Shown here one piece after another: positions 8,740 through 16,294 of a stretch of 32,000 nucleotides of DNA. Under the pieces are notes generated by a model. That model was given only the letters and a program-made list of their open reading frames with translations. It was not told where the DNA came from and ran no database searches. The translations under genes were made by a program, and so were the position numbers. Location: positions 4,080,931 to 4,112,930 of the forward strand of contig OZ245817.1 of the NCBI GenBank assembly GCA_965228475.1. Reading direction: 5' to 3'. Numbering within the stretch: position 1 is the stretch's first letter; each line of letters starts with the position of its first letter. The stretch is from Myxococcota bacterium. GTDB taxonomy: Bacteria; Myxococcota_A; UBA9160; JAFDDA01.

Positions 8740-10011
8740 CTACGCGGACGCGTCGGGCCGGTGCCGCGGTTCGTCGACGAAGCGCCAGGTCACGAGGAAG
8801 GCCAGCGCCTGGAACCCGACCGTCACGGCGATGAGGACTTCGTAGCCGAACTGCGCGGCCAGGAGCCCGCCGAGGAGCGGCGCCGCGATGCCCACCGCCT
8901 CCGACGCCGAGTTCGCCACCGCGATGCGCATCGGGAGATCGGCGCGCGACCCGAACTCGAGCACCAGGCTCTGGGCGGACATCATGAATCCACCGAGGCC
9001 GGCGCCGAGGCCGACGAAGGCCACGAGCACCGCGCGATAGGAGTGAGCGTCGAGGAGCAGAAGAGCCGAAGCCATCCAGACGACGAGTGCCAGGAGCAGC
9101 GTCGCACGGAACCCGCGACGATCAGCGATCGAACCGAAGCCGAGGTTCAGGGCGCCCTGCGCCGCGACGAAGGCGACCGTCAGCTCCCCGATTTCCTCGC
9201 CGGAGAAGCCGAGGCGCTCCTTGGCCATGATGATGTAGAACGGCATGGCCATGCGGCCCATCACGCCGAGAGAGCGTGCGACGAGATAGCGCGCGAAGGC
9301 GGGATCCTCACGCAGCAGCGGGAGGAGATCGGAGAAGCGCTCGCGCAGCGGCGTCGCGGTCCGCGGCGCCGGGGAGTCCGGCTCCTTCAGCATCATGAAG
9401 AGCGCGAGACCGAGTGCCGTCAGGACGAACGAAACGAGGAAGACGGTGGCGTAGCCGTTGCCGAGAGTCTCGCGCGCGAGCAGCGTGCCTCCGATACCAC
9501 CCACCAAGACACCCGCGAGGCTGCCGAGAGCATTGCGCAGCCCCTGAAGCCACCCACGCCGCTCGAGCGGAACGACCTTCGAGAACAGGACGTTGAAAAG
9601 CACGCCCTGCATCCCGAGGAAGAAGCCGAACATGCCAAGGAAGACGCAGACCGCCACGACGTTCGCACTCGGTGCCAGGAAGAAGCCCGCGAGGGCGATG
9701 CCGAGAATCTGCACGCGCATCGCGGCGCCGACCCAGAGTGCGGTGGGCAGGGCGCGTCGACGGTGCTCGACGAGGCTTGCGCTGAGGATCGGCGAGAGGA
9801 ACTGCCCGAAGGCCTGGACCGCCCGCGCCACACCGACCACGAACTCCGAGCCCGAGATCATGAACACGTAGGCCGGGATGAAGGTCGGCGCATGGATCAT
9901 GCGAAACCCGGTCTGCCCGAGCAGGCCGTGGATGAGCAGGACGACGAAGTTTCGTCGGTAGTAGCGCTCCGCCTCGGCCCGCAGCGTTCGTTCGCCCGCG
10001 GCCTCGCTCAC
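8740..10011 (-). CDS. MFS transporter
   Basis: About 12 hydrophobic segments by eye and an MFS loop motif GSIADRRGFR. The ORF-track start 10458 would overlap folC by 450 nt. GTG 10011 forms a GTGA overlap with the folC stop (10008-10010) and gives a sensible 423-aa protein. Confidence 0.8.
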   Translation of the reverse strand: MSEAAGERTLRAEAERYYRRNFVVLLIHGLLGQTGFRMIHAPTFIPAYVFMISGSEFVVGVARAVQAFGQFLSPILSASLVEHRRRALPTALWVGAAMRVQILGIALAGFFLAPSANVVAVCVFLGMFGFFLGMQGVLFNVLFSKVVPLERRGWLQGLRNALGSLAGVLVGGIGGTLLARETLGNGYATVFLVSFVLTALGLALFMMLKEPDSPAPRTATPLRERFSDLLPLLREDPAFARYLVARSLGVMGRMAMPFYIIMAKERLGFSGEEIGELTVAFVAAQGALNLGFGSIADRRGFRATLLLALVVWMASALLLLDAHSYRAVLVAFVGLGAGLGGFMMSAQSLVLEFGSRADLPMRIAVANSASEAVGIAAPLLGGLLAAQFGYEVLIAVTVGFQALAFLVTWRFVDEPRHRPDASA

Positions 10012-11369
10012 GGCTGGCCCGCGCGCAACACTTCCCGCGCGATGCCGGCGAGGTAGACCGAGCCCGTCACGCAGAGGAGCTCTCCCGCACCGGTCCGCTC
10101 GCGCGCGGCGCGGACGGCGAGGTGCGGGTTCGGCACGACGTGGAGCTCGGTCCCGGGCGAGAGCTGCCGGACGAGCTCCGCGACCTCGCTCGCCGCGAGC
10201 GAGCGCGCCGCCTCGGCGCGGGTCACGGTGACGTCGCGCACCCCGGGAAGCAGCGGCGCGAGCACGGCCTCGAGATCCTTGTCCGCAGAGATCGAGACCA
10301 CGAGGCGCACGCCCTCGTTCGGAATCGTGGCGAGGGCACCGGCCAACGCGGCGGACGCGGCGGCGGTGTGCGCCGAGTCGACCACTACCACCGGGTCCCG
10401 GGAGAGGCACTCGACCCGGCCGGGCAGATGCGCGCCGGCGAGCGCCTCGGGCGCGCACCGGCGCAGCGCATCGACGTCCACGCCGGGCAGCCTTCGCACG
10501 GCGGCCAGTGCGACGCTCGCGTTCGCCACCTGGTGTGCGCCGAGGGCCGGAATCCGGGCTTCGAGCTCGAAGCCTTCGTCGCGGAAGCGGAAGGCCGTGC
10601 CGTCGATCCCCGCGGAGAGCACCTCGCCCTCGAACTCCCTCCCGTGGCGCGAGAGCGGAGCGTCGAGTTCCTGGGCCCGTGCCTCGACCACGGCGGCCGC
10701 CTCGGGCGGGAGCGCCCCCATCACGACCGGCCGCTCCGGCTTCACGATGCCCGCCTTCTCCCCCGCGATCTTCGCGAGGGTGTCGCCGAGGAAGTTCACG
10801 TGTTCGAGCTCGATCGAGGTGATGCAGGCGACCTCGGGCAGGACGACGTTGGTCGAGTCGAGCCGCCCGCCGAGCCCGACCTCCACCACGGCGCGTTCCA
10901 CCGCCTCGGATCGGAAGATCGAGAAGGCCGCCGCCGTCGTGACGTCGAACCAGCTCGGCACTAGCCGCGCCTCCGCTTCGCGCAGCGCCTCGACGTGCGG
11001 GCGCAGCGCCTCGACGGCCGCGACGAGCCCCTCCGCCGCCACCTCGCGGCCGTCGATGCGGAACCGCTCCGTCCAGCGCTCGAGGTGCGGCGAGGTGAAG
11101 GTCCCGACGCGCTCCCCGAGCCCGCGCAGCAGCGCCTCGGCGAACAGCGCGGTCGAGCCCTTCCCCTTCGAACCGGCGATGTGCAGCACCGCGAGCCCGG
11201 CGTGGGGGTCCCCCGCCCGCGCCAGCAGCGCGCGGATGGGCTCGAGCCCGAGCCGCTCGTAGGGCACGTCGCGCCGCCGCTCGACGTTGATCAGCCCCGC
11301 GAGCCAGGCTTCCGCGCCCGCGAGGTCCGTGATGGGATCCAAGTCACTCTCCGGAGAAATGACACCCAA
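10008..11369 (-). CDS. folC: Bifunctional folylpolyglutamate synthase / dihydrofolate synthase
   Basis: It has the Mur-ligase P-loop HIAGSKGKGST, FTSPHL, GLGGRLDSTNV and a C-terminal Mur-ligase domain. The ORF-track TTG start 11369 lies inside the U-tract of the upstream terminator, so the true start may be in-frame TTG 11342. Confidence 0.85.
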   Translation of the reverse strand: MGVISPESDLDPITDLAGAEAWLAGLINVERRRDVPYERLGLEPIRALLARAGDPHAGLAVLHIAGSKGKGSTALFAEALLRGLGERVGTFTSPHLERWTERFRIDGREVAAEGLVAAVEALRPHVEALREAEARLVPSWFDVTTAAAFSIFRSEAVERAVVEVGLGGRLDSTNVVLPEVACITSIELEHVNFLGDTLAKIAGEKAGIVKPERPVVMGALPPEAAAVVEARAQELDAPLSRHGREFEGEVLSAGIDGTAFRFRDEGFELEARIPALGAHQVANASVALAAVRRLPGVDVDALRRCAPEALAGAHLPGRVECLSRDPVVVVDSAHTAAASAALAGALATIPNEGVRLVVSISADKDLEAVLAPLLPGVRDVTVTRAEAARSLAASEVAELVRQLSPGTELHVVPNPHLAVRAARERTGAGELLCVTGSVYLAGIAREVLRAGQP

Positions 11370-11401
11370 CGAAAAGAGGCGGCCCGGGTGGGCCGCCTCT
11401 T
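11366..11401 (-). terminator. Rho-independent terminator after the small Cys-rich gene
   Basis: 11-bp perfect stem AGAGGCGGCCC / GGGCCGCCTCT (11375-11385 / 11390-11400) with a 4-nt loop. On the minus strand it is followed by TTTTCGTT. It starts about 27 nt after the stop at 11428. Confidence 0.75.
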
Positions 11402-11427
11402 CATGAAACTCTCACCAAGCCTCTCGG

Positions 11428-11754
11428 CTACTGAGCCATGTACCGCTTCCACTGGCGATACTGCTGGACGGCCTGGCTCGTCGTCTCCGTCGCCGGGAAG
11501 AAGAACTTCACCGCGTGGCCGCACTTCTTGCAGATCTTGTAACAGAACTTGAAGCCCTCGACCTCGCGCTCCTTGCCGACGGTCAGGCGGTTCGCCTCCG
11601 TGCAGCACTTCGACGGCGTCGGCGGCGACACGATCTTGCGCGGGTAGTTGTTCTTCGGCTTCTCCTTCGTCGTGTAGGAGATGATGTTCTTCGTCGGACG
11701 GTTCGACTTTGCGTCCGCGTTCTGCTTGCGAATGTTGCTACCGATGCGCCTCAC
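11428..11754 (-). CDS. Small basic Cys-rich protein (putative zinc ribbon), function unknown
   Basis: GTG start with GAGAGGA 7 nt upstream. 108 aa with a Lys/Arg/Asn-rich N-terminal half, then SKCC-x20-CYKICKKCGH (five Cys). Overall GC is lower, yet codon third positions are still G/C, as in a genuine highly biased gene. It is followed by a strong terminator. No family recognised. Confidence 0.6.
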   Translation of the reverse strand: MRRIGSNIRKQNADAKSNRPTKNIISYTTKEKPKNNYPRKIVSPPTPSKCCTEANRLTVGKEREVEGFKFCYKICKKCGHAVKFFFPATETTSQAVQQYRQWKRYMAQ

Positions 11755-11772
11755 GTGATGGTCCTCTCTTTC

Positions 11773-12540
11773 TCACCGTCCCGTCACGACAGGGCCGACG
11801 CCGAGTTCGTGCAGGAGTTGCGAATGATCTTCGTAGTCCGTCGTGCAGGGCGGGCCGTCGGCGAAGCGCCATTCGCTCCGCGTCCCGGGCTCCCCCCGCC
11901 AAAGCAGGCTCGAGCTGCGCGTGCCGTAGCCCTTGCCCTCGAGGCCCGCGTGGATGCAGGTGTTCGAGAGCGGGCCGGTCCGGCCTTCGTGGGAGCGGCA
12001 GACGTCGGCGAGGCGGTCGAGCAGGCGATCCGCCGGGCCTTCGAGGGCCCTCTCCGCGTCCGCGAGAATGCGGGCGACCTTCGGGTTCGAGCGGTCGTCC
12101 GGGTCCGCATTCCCGATCACGTGGACGCCGGGCTCGAGCGCCTCGACGCGCACCGTTTCCTCGTAGACCGCCACGTAGGCATTCTCCGCATCCGCCACCA
12201 GCAGGTTGAACGGGTTGTACTCGCCCGCCGGCAGCGCGTTCATCCAATCCACCGCCTCGGCCGCCTTCGTCACGCCGAGTGCGTCCATCACCAGGAGGCC
12301 CCGCGAGCGGCGCCCCGCGTCCACGCACGAGGTCGGCCGGTTCGTCAGGGCCGCGAAGGTCCCGTGGGCGTTCACGCCGAGCCAGGTCCCTCCGGCACGC
12401 AGATCCCGCGGCGCCGCAATGCGCCCCCCCGCCCGCAGCGCCGGCCCCTCGGCGGGGCGCTCGTGGTACTCGTCCCGGTTGGCCGCCACGACGAGGGGCG
12501 CGCCCGGGACGCAGCGGTGCAGGGTGATCAACGTGCACAT
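11773..12540 (-). CDS. NRDE-family protein (TANGO2/DUF833-like)
   Basis: N-terminal MCTL and the eponymous AANRDE motif at residues 20-24. Size of 255 aa is typical of the family. Confidence 0.8.
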   Translation of the reverse strand: MCTLITLHRCVPGAPLVVAANRDEYHERPAEGPALRAGGRIAAPRDLRAGGTWLGVNAHGTFAALTNRPTSCVDAGRRSRGLLVMDALGVTKAAEAVDWMNALPAGEYNPFNLLVADAENAYVAVYEETVRVEALEPGVHVIGNADPDDRSNPKVARILADAERALEGPADRLLDRLADVCRSHEGRTGPLSNTCIHAGLEGKGYGTRSSSLLWRGEPGTRSEWRFADGPPCTTDYEDHSQLLHELGVGPVVTGR

Positions 12541-12673
12541 GAGAGTGCCCGGGCAGGTCCTCCGGGTGACGCAGGGCCAAAATCAAGACAGACCCTGGGG
12601 AACTTCCGAGGATAGCGGACATCCCCCGGGGGCGCAATTTCTTGCGGACTTTGGGTGACGCGAAGCGTCGGGC

Positions 12674-14035
12674 TCAGGCGCCCTGGTCGCCGACCAGCCG
12701 GAGGGAGGGTTTGTCCTCCTCGGGGTCGAACTCCTCGTCCTGCCCCGCCCAGCCCTTCTTCGCGCGCATGCGCTCGGCCTTGCGGCGGGCGACGTCGCGG
12801 TCCATCTCGAGCCCGTAGCGGCTGAGCACCCCGGCCAGCTGGTCGTAGTTCTGCTCGATCGAGCCCCGGACGGATTCGAAGCCGTGCTGGACCGCCTCCC
12901 AGCGCTTCCAGAACGCCAGCGGGTTCACGCCGAAGAAGTCCGCGTCCGTCTCGCGCGGCTCGAGCAGCACGATGTCGCCCTGGAAGCGGTCGTCGGTCAG
13001 GTAGCGCTGGATGCCGAGCTTGAGCCGCGAGTGAAGCAGCGTGCGGAAGACCTGGTTCACCACGGCCTTCAGCCCGCGGTCCGAGAGGTAGCGCCCGTCC
13101 GCGAAGTAGGTCGGCTCCTCGTCCTCGCCGTCGATGCGGTTCAGGAAGGGGCGGAACGGGTTGTAACAGATGATCAGGTCCGCGCCCTTTTCGATCCCGA
13201 TGTCGATGTTCGCCGTGTGGCGGACGCCGCCGTCGACGTAGTCGATGCCGCCGATGCGCGCGGGCTTGAAGAAGCCGGGCAGCGCCGTCGAGGCCTGGAC
13301 GGCCTGGGAGATCGAGACCTCGTTCACCTCGTCGGGGCCGAAGACCACGCGCTCGGCCGTGTCGAGATCGCAGGCCGTGATGTAGAGCTGCTTCTCGCGC
13401 TTGCGCTGGAAGGCGCGGAAGTCGTTCGGCATGCGGATGCGGCGCAGGTTCTCGCTGAGCCACGCTTCGAGGGTGTAGTTGTCGAACAGGCCCGAGGGAA
13501 TGTGGTTGCTCAGCGCGGGGATCTCGCGGTCGGGCGAGACGTGCTCGAGCGTGGCCATCGCGAAGGCTTCGAAGTGGGTGTAGTTGGGTTTGCGGACGAA
13601 GGCCTGGAAGCGCTGGCTCACGGCTTCGGGCAGCGCGGGCAGGGCCTTCGCGAAGTCGTTGGCGACCCCCGGGAAGTAGGAGAGAAAGTCGTAGGCGAGC
13701 TTCGCGGGCCGTTGGGCGAACTCGCGCCAGTTCGGCGAATAGAAGTCGAGGGGGCGGAGCTGACTGAAGCGGGTGCTCGTGCCTTCGAGGACGCGGAGCA
13801 TCTCCTCGGGCGGGATGCCGCCGGCGAGCGGCACCGCGAGCAGGGCGCCGGCGGAGAGGCCGACGTAGGTGTCGAAGTCCGTCGTCTTGCGGCCGACCAG
13901 GTAGTCGTCGAGGGCCTTCAGGCCGCCGACCTTGAAGGCGCCGCCGGAGACCGCGCCGCCGGCGAGCACCAGCGCCACCTTCGGGTTGCGCTTGCGACGT
14001 CGCCCATCGCTCTTGCGGATCAGGGTCAGGCCCAC
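12674..14035 (-). CDS. Patatin-like phospholipase
   Basis: GTG start with GGAGG 7 nt upstream. It has the Gly-rich oxyanion loop LVLAGGAVSGGAF, the nucleophile elbow GLSAG (GxSxG) and the catalytic Asp motif YVDGGV. A C-terminal extension of about 150 aa has no recognisable motif. Confidence 0.85.
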   Translation of the reverse strand: MGLTLIRKSDGRRRKRNPKVALVLAGGAVSGGAFKVGGLKALDDYLVGRKTTDFDTYVGLSAGALLAVPLAGGIPPEEMLRVLEGTSTRFSQLRPLDFYSPNWREFAQRPAKLAYDFLSYFPGVANDFAKALPALPEAVSQRFQAFVRKPNYTHFEAFAMATLEHVSPDREIPALSNHIPSGLFDNYTLEAWLSENLRRIRMPNDFRAFQRKREKQLYITACDLDTAERVVFGPDEVNEVSISQAVQASTALPGFFKPARIGGIDYVDGGVRHTANIDIGIEKGADLIICYNPFRPFLNRIDGEDEEPTYFADGRYLSDRGLKAVVNQVFRTLLHSRLKLGIQRYLTDDRFQGDIVLLEPRETDADFFGVNPLAFWKRWEAVQHGFESVRGSIEQNYDQLAGVLSRYGLEMDRDVARRKAERMRAKKGWAGQDEEFDPEEDKPSLRLVGDQGA

Positions 14036-14307
14036 TCGGAGACCTCCGGAGCGCCAGCCCTCCGCGCGAAACCCTGCGACATCGGGCGGAGGCTCTGCTG
14101 CATCGCGTTAGAGGGTAACCAGACGGTCTCCGTAGGTCGAGCCTAGAATGGGCCGAATCCGGCGCCCCCGGGAAAGAAAAAGTGAGGAAAACACGCTGTT
14201 TGCGACGATCAGGCGCACGAGGCGGAGTGAGGGGTTCAGACAACGCTCCGCTGCCGCGCTGCGTCGGCTTCCCGTGAAACCTGTCTCCCGCTCGGGAACA
14301 CTTTATT

Positions 14308-15630
14308 ATGCTGGGCATCCAAGCTGGCGAGGCCCCCGTGAAGACGCCTGAAATCACACGAGGATTGAGACTGGTGGTGGCCCTGGCGTTCACGCTCGCC
14401 ACGGGCTGCGCCTCGAACACCGGGCCCGCTCCGGGCAGCGCCGGTGGCCCGCCCGGCGCCCAGAGCCCGAGCGTCGCGGCCGGCCCGCCCGGCCCCTCCG
14501 CCATGGACCGCAGCACGGCCGCCCTCGAGGGGGCTGTCCTGGGCGCCATGATCGGCACCTGGATGGGCCCGATCGGCGCGGCCGTCGGCGCCGGCGCCTT
14601 CATGCTCTACGGCGCCATGACCGGCCGTGTGATGGGCTCCCCCGGCCCGAACACCGGGCCGCGCAACGAACGCGAGCGCGAGGAAATCCTCGAGGACCAG
14701 ATCGATCAGGAGATGCAGCGCCACGCCTCGCTCGAGTCCGAGATCGAAGCGGAGCTCCGCCGGCAAGAGGAGCTGATGTCGCGCATCGAGCAGGACGAGG
14801 CCATGGCCGAAGCCCTCGGCGACGAGATCGCCCCCGAGCTGAGCCAGGAAGAGATCGCCGAGCACGCCGACGCCCGCGCCGCACCGCTCGCCCCGAAGGA
14901 CCGCGACCTCCCCGAGTACATCTTCGACGTCGACACGATCGAGGTCGCGCGCGGCGAGTGGGGCAACCGCAAGAAGATCGAGGCCACGCGGCGCAGCCTG
15001 GATGCGGACCGTGACGGAAAGCCGGAAGAAGTCCGCTACTTCGACCCCCAGGGCACCTACCTCCGCAAGGAGGAAGACCGCGACTTCGACGGCAAGATCG
15101 ACGCCTGGTCGGTCTTTCGCGGCGGCGAGCTCGCCACACGCGAACTCGACTCCAACGGCGACGGCCAGCGCGACACCTGGGAACACTTCGCGCGCGGCCG
15201 CATGACGGCCCGCGAGGTCGACCGCAACAACGACGGCAAGCGCGACGCCTTCTTCGAGTACCAGAACGACTCGCTCGTCCGCGAGCGTCACGACACCAAC
15301 TACGACGGCACGATCGACTTCCGCGTCACCTACGCGAACCGCCGGCGCGTGAAGGCGGAAGAGGACGCGAACAAGGACGGGAAGATCGACACCTGGACGA
15401 GCTACATAGCCGTCGAGGACCGCGAGGCCGTCGACCGGATCGAGCGCGACCAGGCCGGCGACGGCAAGGCCGACACCTTCGAGGTCTACGTCCAGACCGG
15501 CGGGAAGTCCGTCCTCCAGAAGAAGGAAGAGGACAAGAACGCCGACGGCGAGATCGACATCACCTCGATCTACGAGAACGGCAAGCTCGTCCGCCGGGAG
15601 ATCAGCGACCCGGCGATGATGCCGCTCTAG
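14308..15630 (+). CDS. Lipoprotein with glycine-zipper segment, coiled coil and eight EF-hand-like DxDxDG repeats
   Basis: Lipobox-compatible LATGC, then a Gly/Pro-rich linker. A glycine-zipper-like stretch follows (GAVLGAMIGTWMGPIGAAVGAGAFMLYGAMTG), then a Glu/Arg coiled coil. After that come eight approximately 22-aa repeats, D-x-[DN]-x-DG-x-x-[DE]-x-[WF]-x-x-[FY]. In-frame GTG 14338 (GAGG 5 nt upstream) is an equally plausible start. Confidence 0.75.
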   Translation: MLGIQAGEAPVKTPEITRGLRLVVALAFTLATGCASNTGPAPGSAGGPPGAQSPSVAAGPPGPSAMDRSTAALEGAVLGAMIGTWMGPIGAAVGAGAFMLYGAMTGRVMGSPGPNTGPRNEREREEILEDQIDQEMQRHASLESEIEAELRRQEELMSRIEQDEAMAEALGDEIAPELSQEEIAEHADARAAPLAPKDRDLPEYIFDVDTIEVARGEWGNRKKIEATRRSLDADRDGKPEEVRYFDPQGTYLRKEEDRDFDGKIDAWSVFRGGELATRELDSNGDGQRDTWEHFARGRMTAREVDRNNDGKRDAFFEYQNDSLVRERHDTNYDGTIDFRVTYANRRRVKAEEDANKDGKIDTWTSYIAVEDREAVDRIERDQAGDGKADTFEVYVQTGGKSVLQKKEEDKNADGEIDITSIYENGKLVRREISDPAMMPL

Positions 15631-16256
15631 GCGATCTCCTCGGACAGCCGCTCGGGCGCATCGATCGCGATGTAGCCGCCCTCCAGCCGCACGACGCCAC
15701 CCGCCACCCAATCCCGCAGGTGTTTGTTCACGCTCTCGCGTGAGGCGCACACCATCGAGCCGAGTTCTTCCTGGGAGATCCGGAGATCGATGCGGACGCC
15801 GGAACCGTCGGGCACCCCGAATCGTCTGCGCAGAGCGAGCAGCGTCTTCGCGATCCGCGCCTTCACGTCGAGAAAGGCCTGATCTTCGAGCCGTTCGCCG
15901 AGCGCACGGATCCGGCCGGCGAGCACCTCGAGGAGCCGGAACGCCGAGTCGGGATGGCCGCGGACCAGCGCCGTCAGCTCTCCGCCGTCGAGGACCACCA
16001 GCTCGCAGTCCTCGAGCGCCGTCGCCGTCGCGGTCCGACGGCCTCCAGAGAGGGCCGAGAGCTCGCCGACGAGATCGCCGGGGCCGGCGATCCCGAACAC
16101 GAATTCCTGGCCCCGGGGCGAAACCGCGCCCAACCGCAGCCGACCCCGCCGCACCACGTAGACCTCGTGGCCTAGCTGCCCCTTGTGAAAGAGCTCGTCG
16201 CGGGCTTTCAGGGCGAGCGTTCGGCTGGGCACCTCGGGACCTCCGGGATCGAGCAT
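15627..16256 (-). CDS. Crp/Fnr-family cyclic-nucleotide-binding transcriptional regulator (distal copy)
   Basis: cNMP-binding beta-barrel with the phosphate-binding cassette GELSALSGGRRTATA, and a C-terminal HTH ISQEELGSMVCASRESVNKHL (compare E. coli CRP GCSRETVGR). The N-terminus is unusually short. In-frame GTG 16232 has a better SD (GGAGG, 7-nt spacing) than ATG 16256. Confidence 0.85.
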   Translation of the reverse strand: MLDPGGPEVPSRTLALKARDELFHKGQLGHEVYVVRRGRLRLGAVSPRGQEFVFGIAGPGDLVGELSALSGGRRTATATALEDCELVVLDGGELTALVRGHPDSAFRLLEVLAGRIRALGERLEDQAFLDVKARIAKTLLALRRRFGVPDGSGVRIDLRISQEELGSMVCASRESVNKHLRDWVAGGVVRLEGGYIAIDAPERLSEEIA

Positions 16257-16278
16257 GGAGCCCGGCGGCCGGAGACGC

Positions 16279-16294
16279 CGTGAAGCACTTCACA
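16279..16294. promoter_or_regulatory. CRP-type palindrome (cGTGA-N6-TCACA) upstream of the distal crp gene
   Basis: CGTGAAGCACTTCACA has 9 of 10 consensus half-site bases and the same AGCACT spacer as the box at 24203. Its centre is 30.5 nt from ATG 16256 and 54.5 nt from GTG 16232. It overlaps the TGA stop (16290-16292) of the upstream crp gene. Confidence 0.6.

Noticed and set aside
10012-10458. ORF-track extension of the MFS gene to 10458, and similar extensions of crp (to 17354), the methyltransferase (to 19649) and the 4-TM gene (to 17515)
   Set aside because: Each extension overlaps the upstream gene by hundreds of nt with Arg/Ala/Pro-rich sequence. Internal starts that form 4-8-nt overlaps with the upstream stop codon are far more plausible.
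12564-12661. Direct repeat GGGTGACGC at 12564-12572 and 12653-12661 in the NRDE/patatin intergenic region
   Set aside because: This is a 9-mer of biased composition occurring twice. No palindromic structure or positional logic links it to a promoter, so it could be chance.
12674-14035. Patatin gene as the effector of a CBASS-like or other anti-phage system
   Set aside because: No cyclase/nucleotidyltransferase, sensor or other defence-associated partner is adjacent. The neighbours are NRDE and folC-type housekeeping genes.
16184-16199. TGTGA-containing half-matches inside the crp coding regions (TGTGAAAGAGCTCGTC at 16184; TGTGAAAGAGCTCCTC at 16886)
   Set aside because: Only the left half-site matches. 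Both arise from the conserved ELFHKG codons on the opposite strand, so they are coding by-products rather than operators.
16256-16292. Programmed TGA read-through fusing the two crp genes
   Set aside because: The genes are in the same frame, but that has a 1 in 3 chance. No recoding signal (SECIS-like or pseudoknot structure) is evident, and the distal gene has its own SD.
12528-16293. ORFs 12528..14603 minus (691 aa) and 14236..16293 minus (685 aa)
   Set aside because: Shadow frames across the patatin, lipoprotein and crp genes. The second starts at a GTG that lies inside the CRP palindrome.
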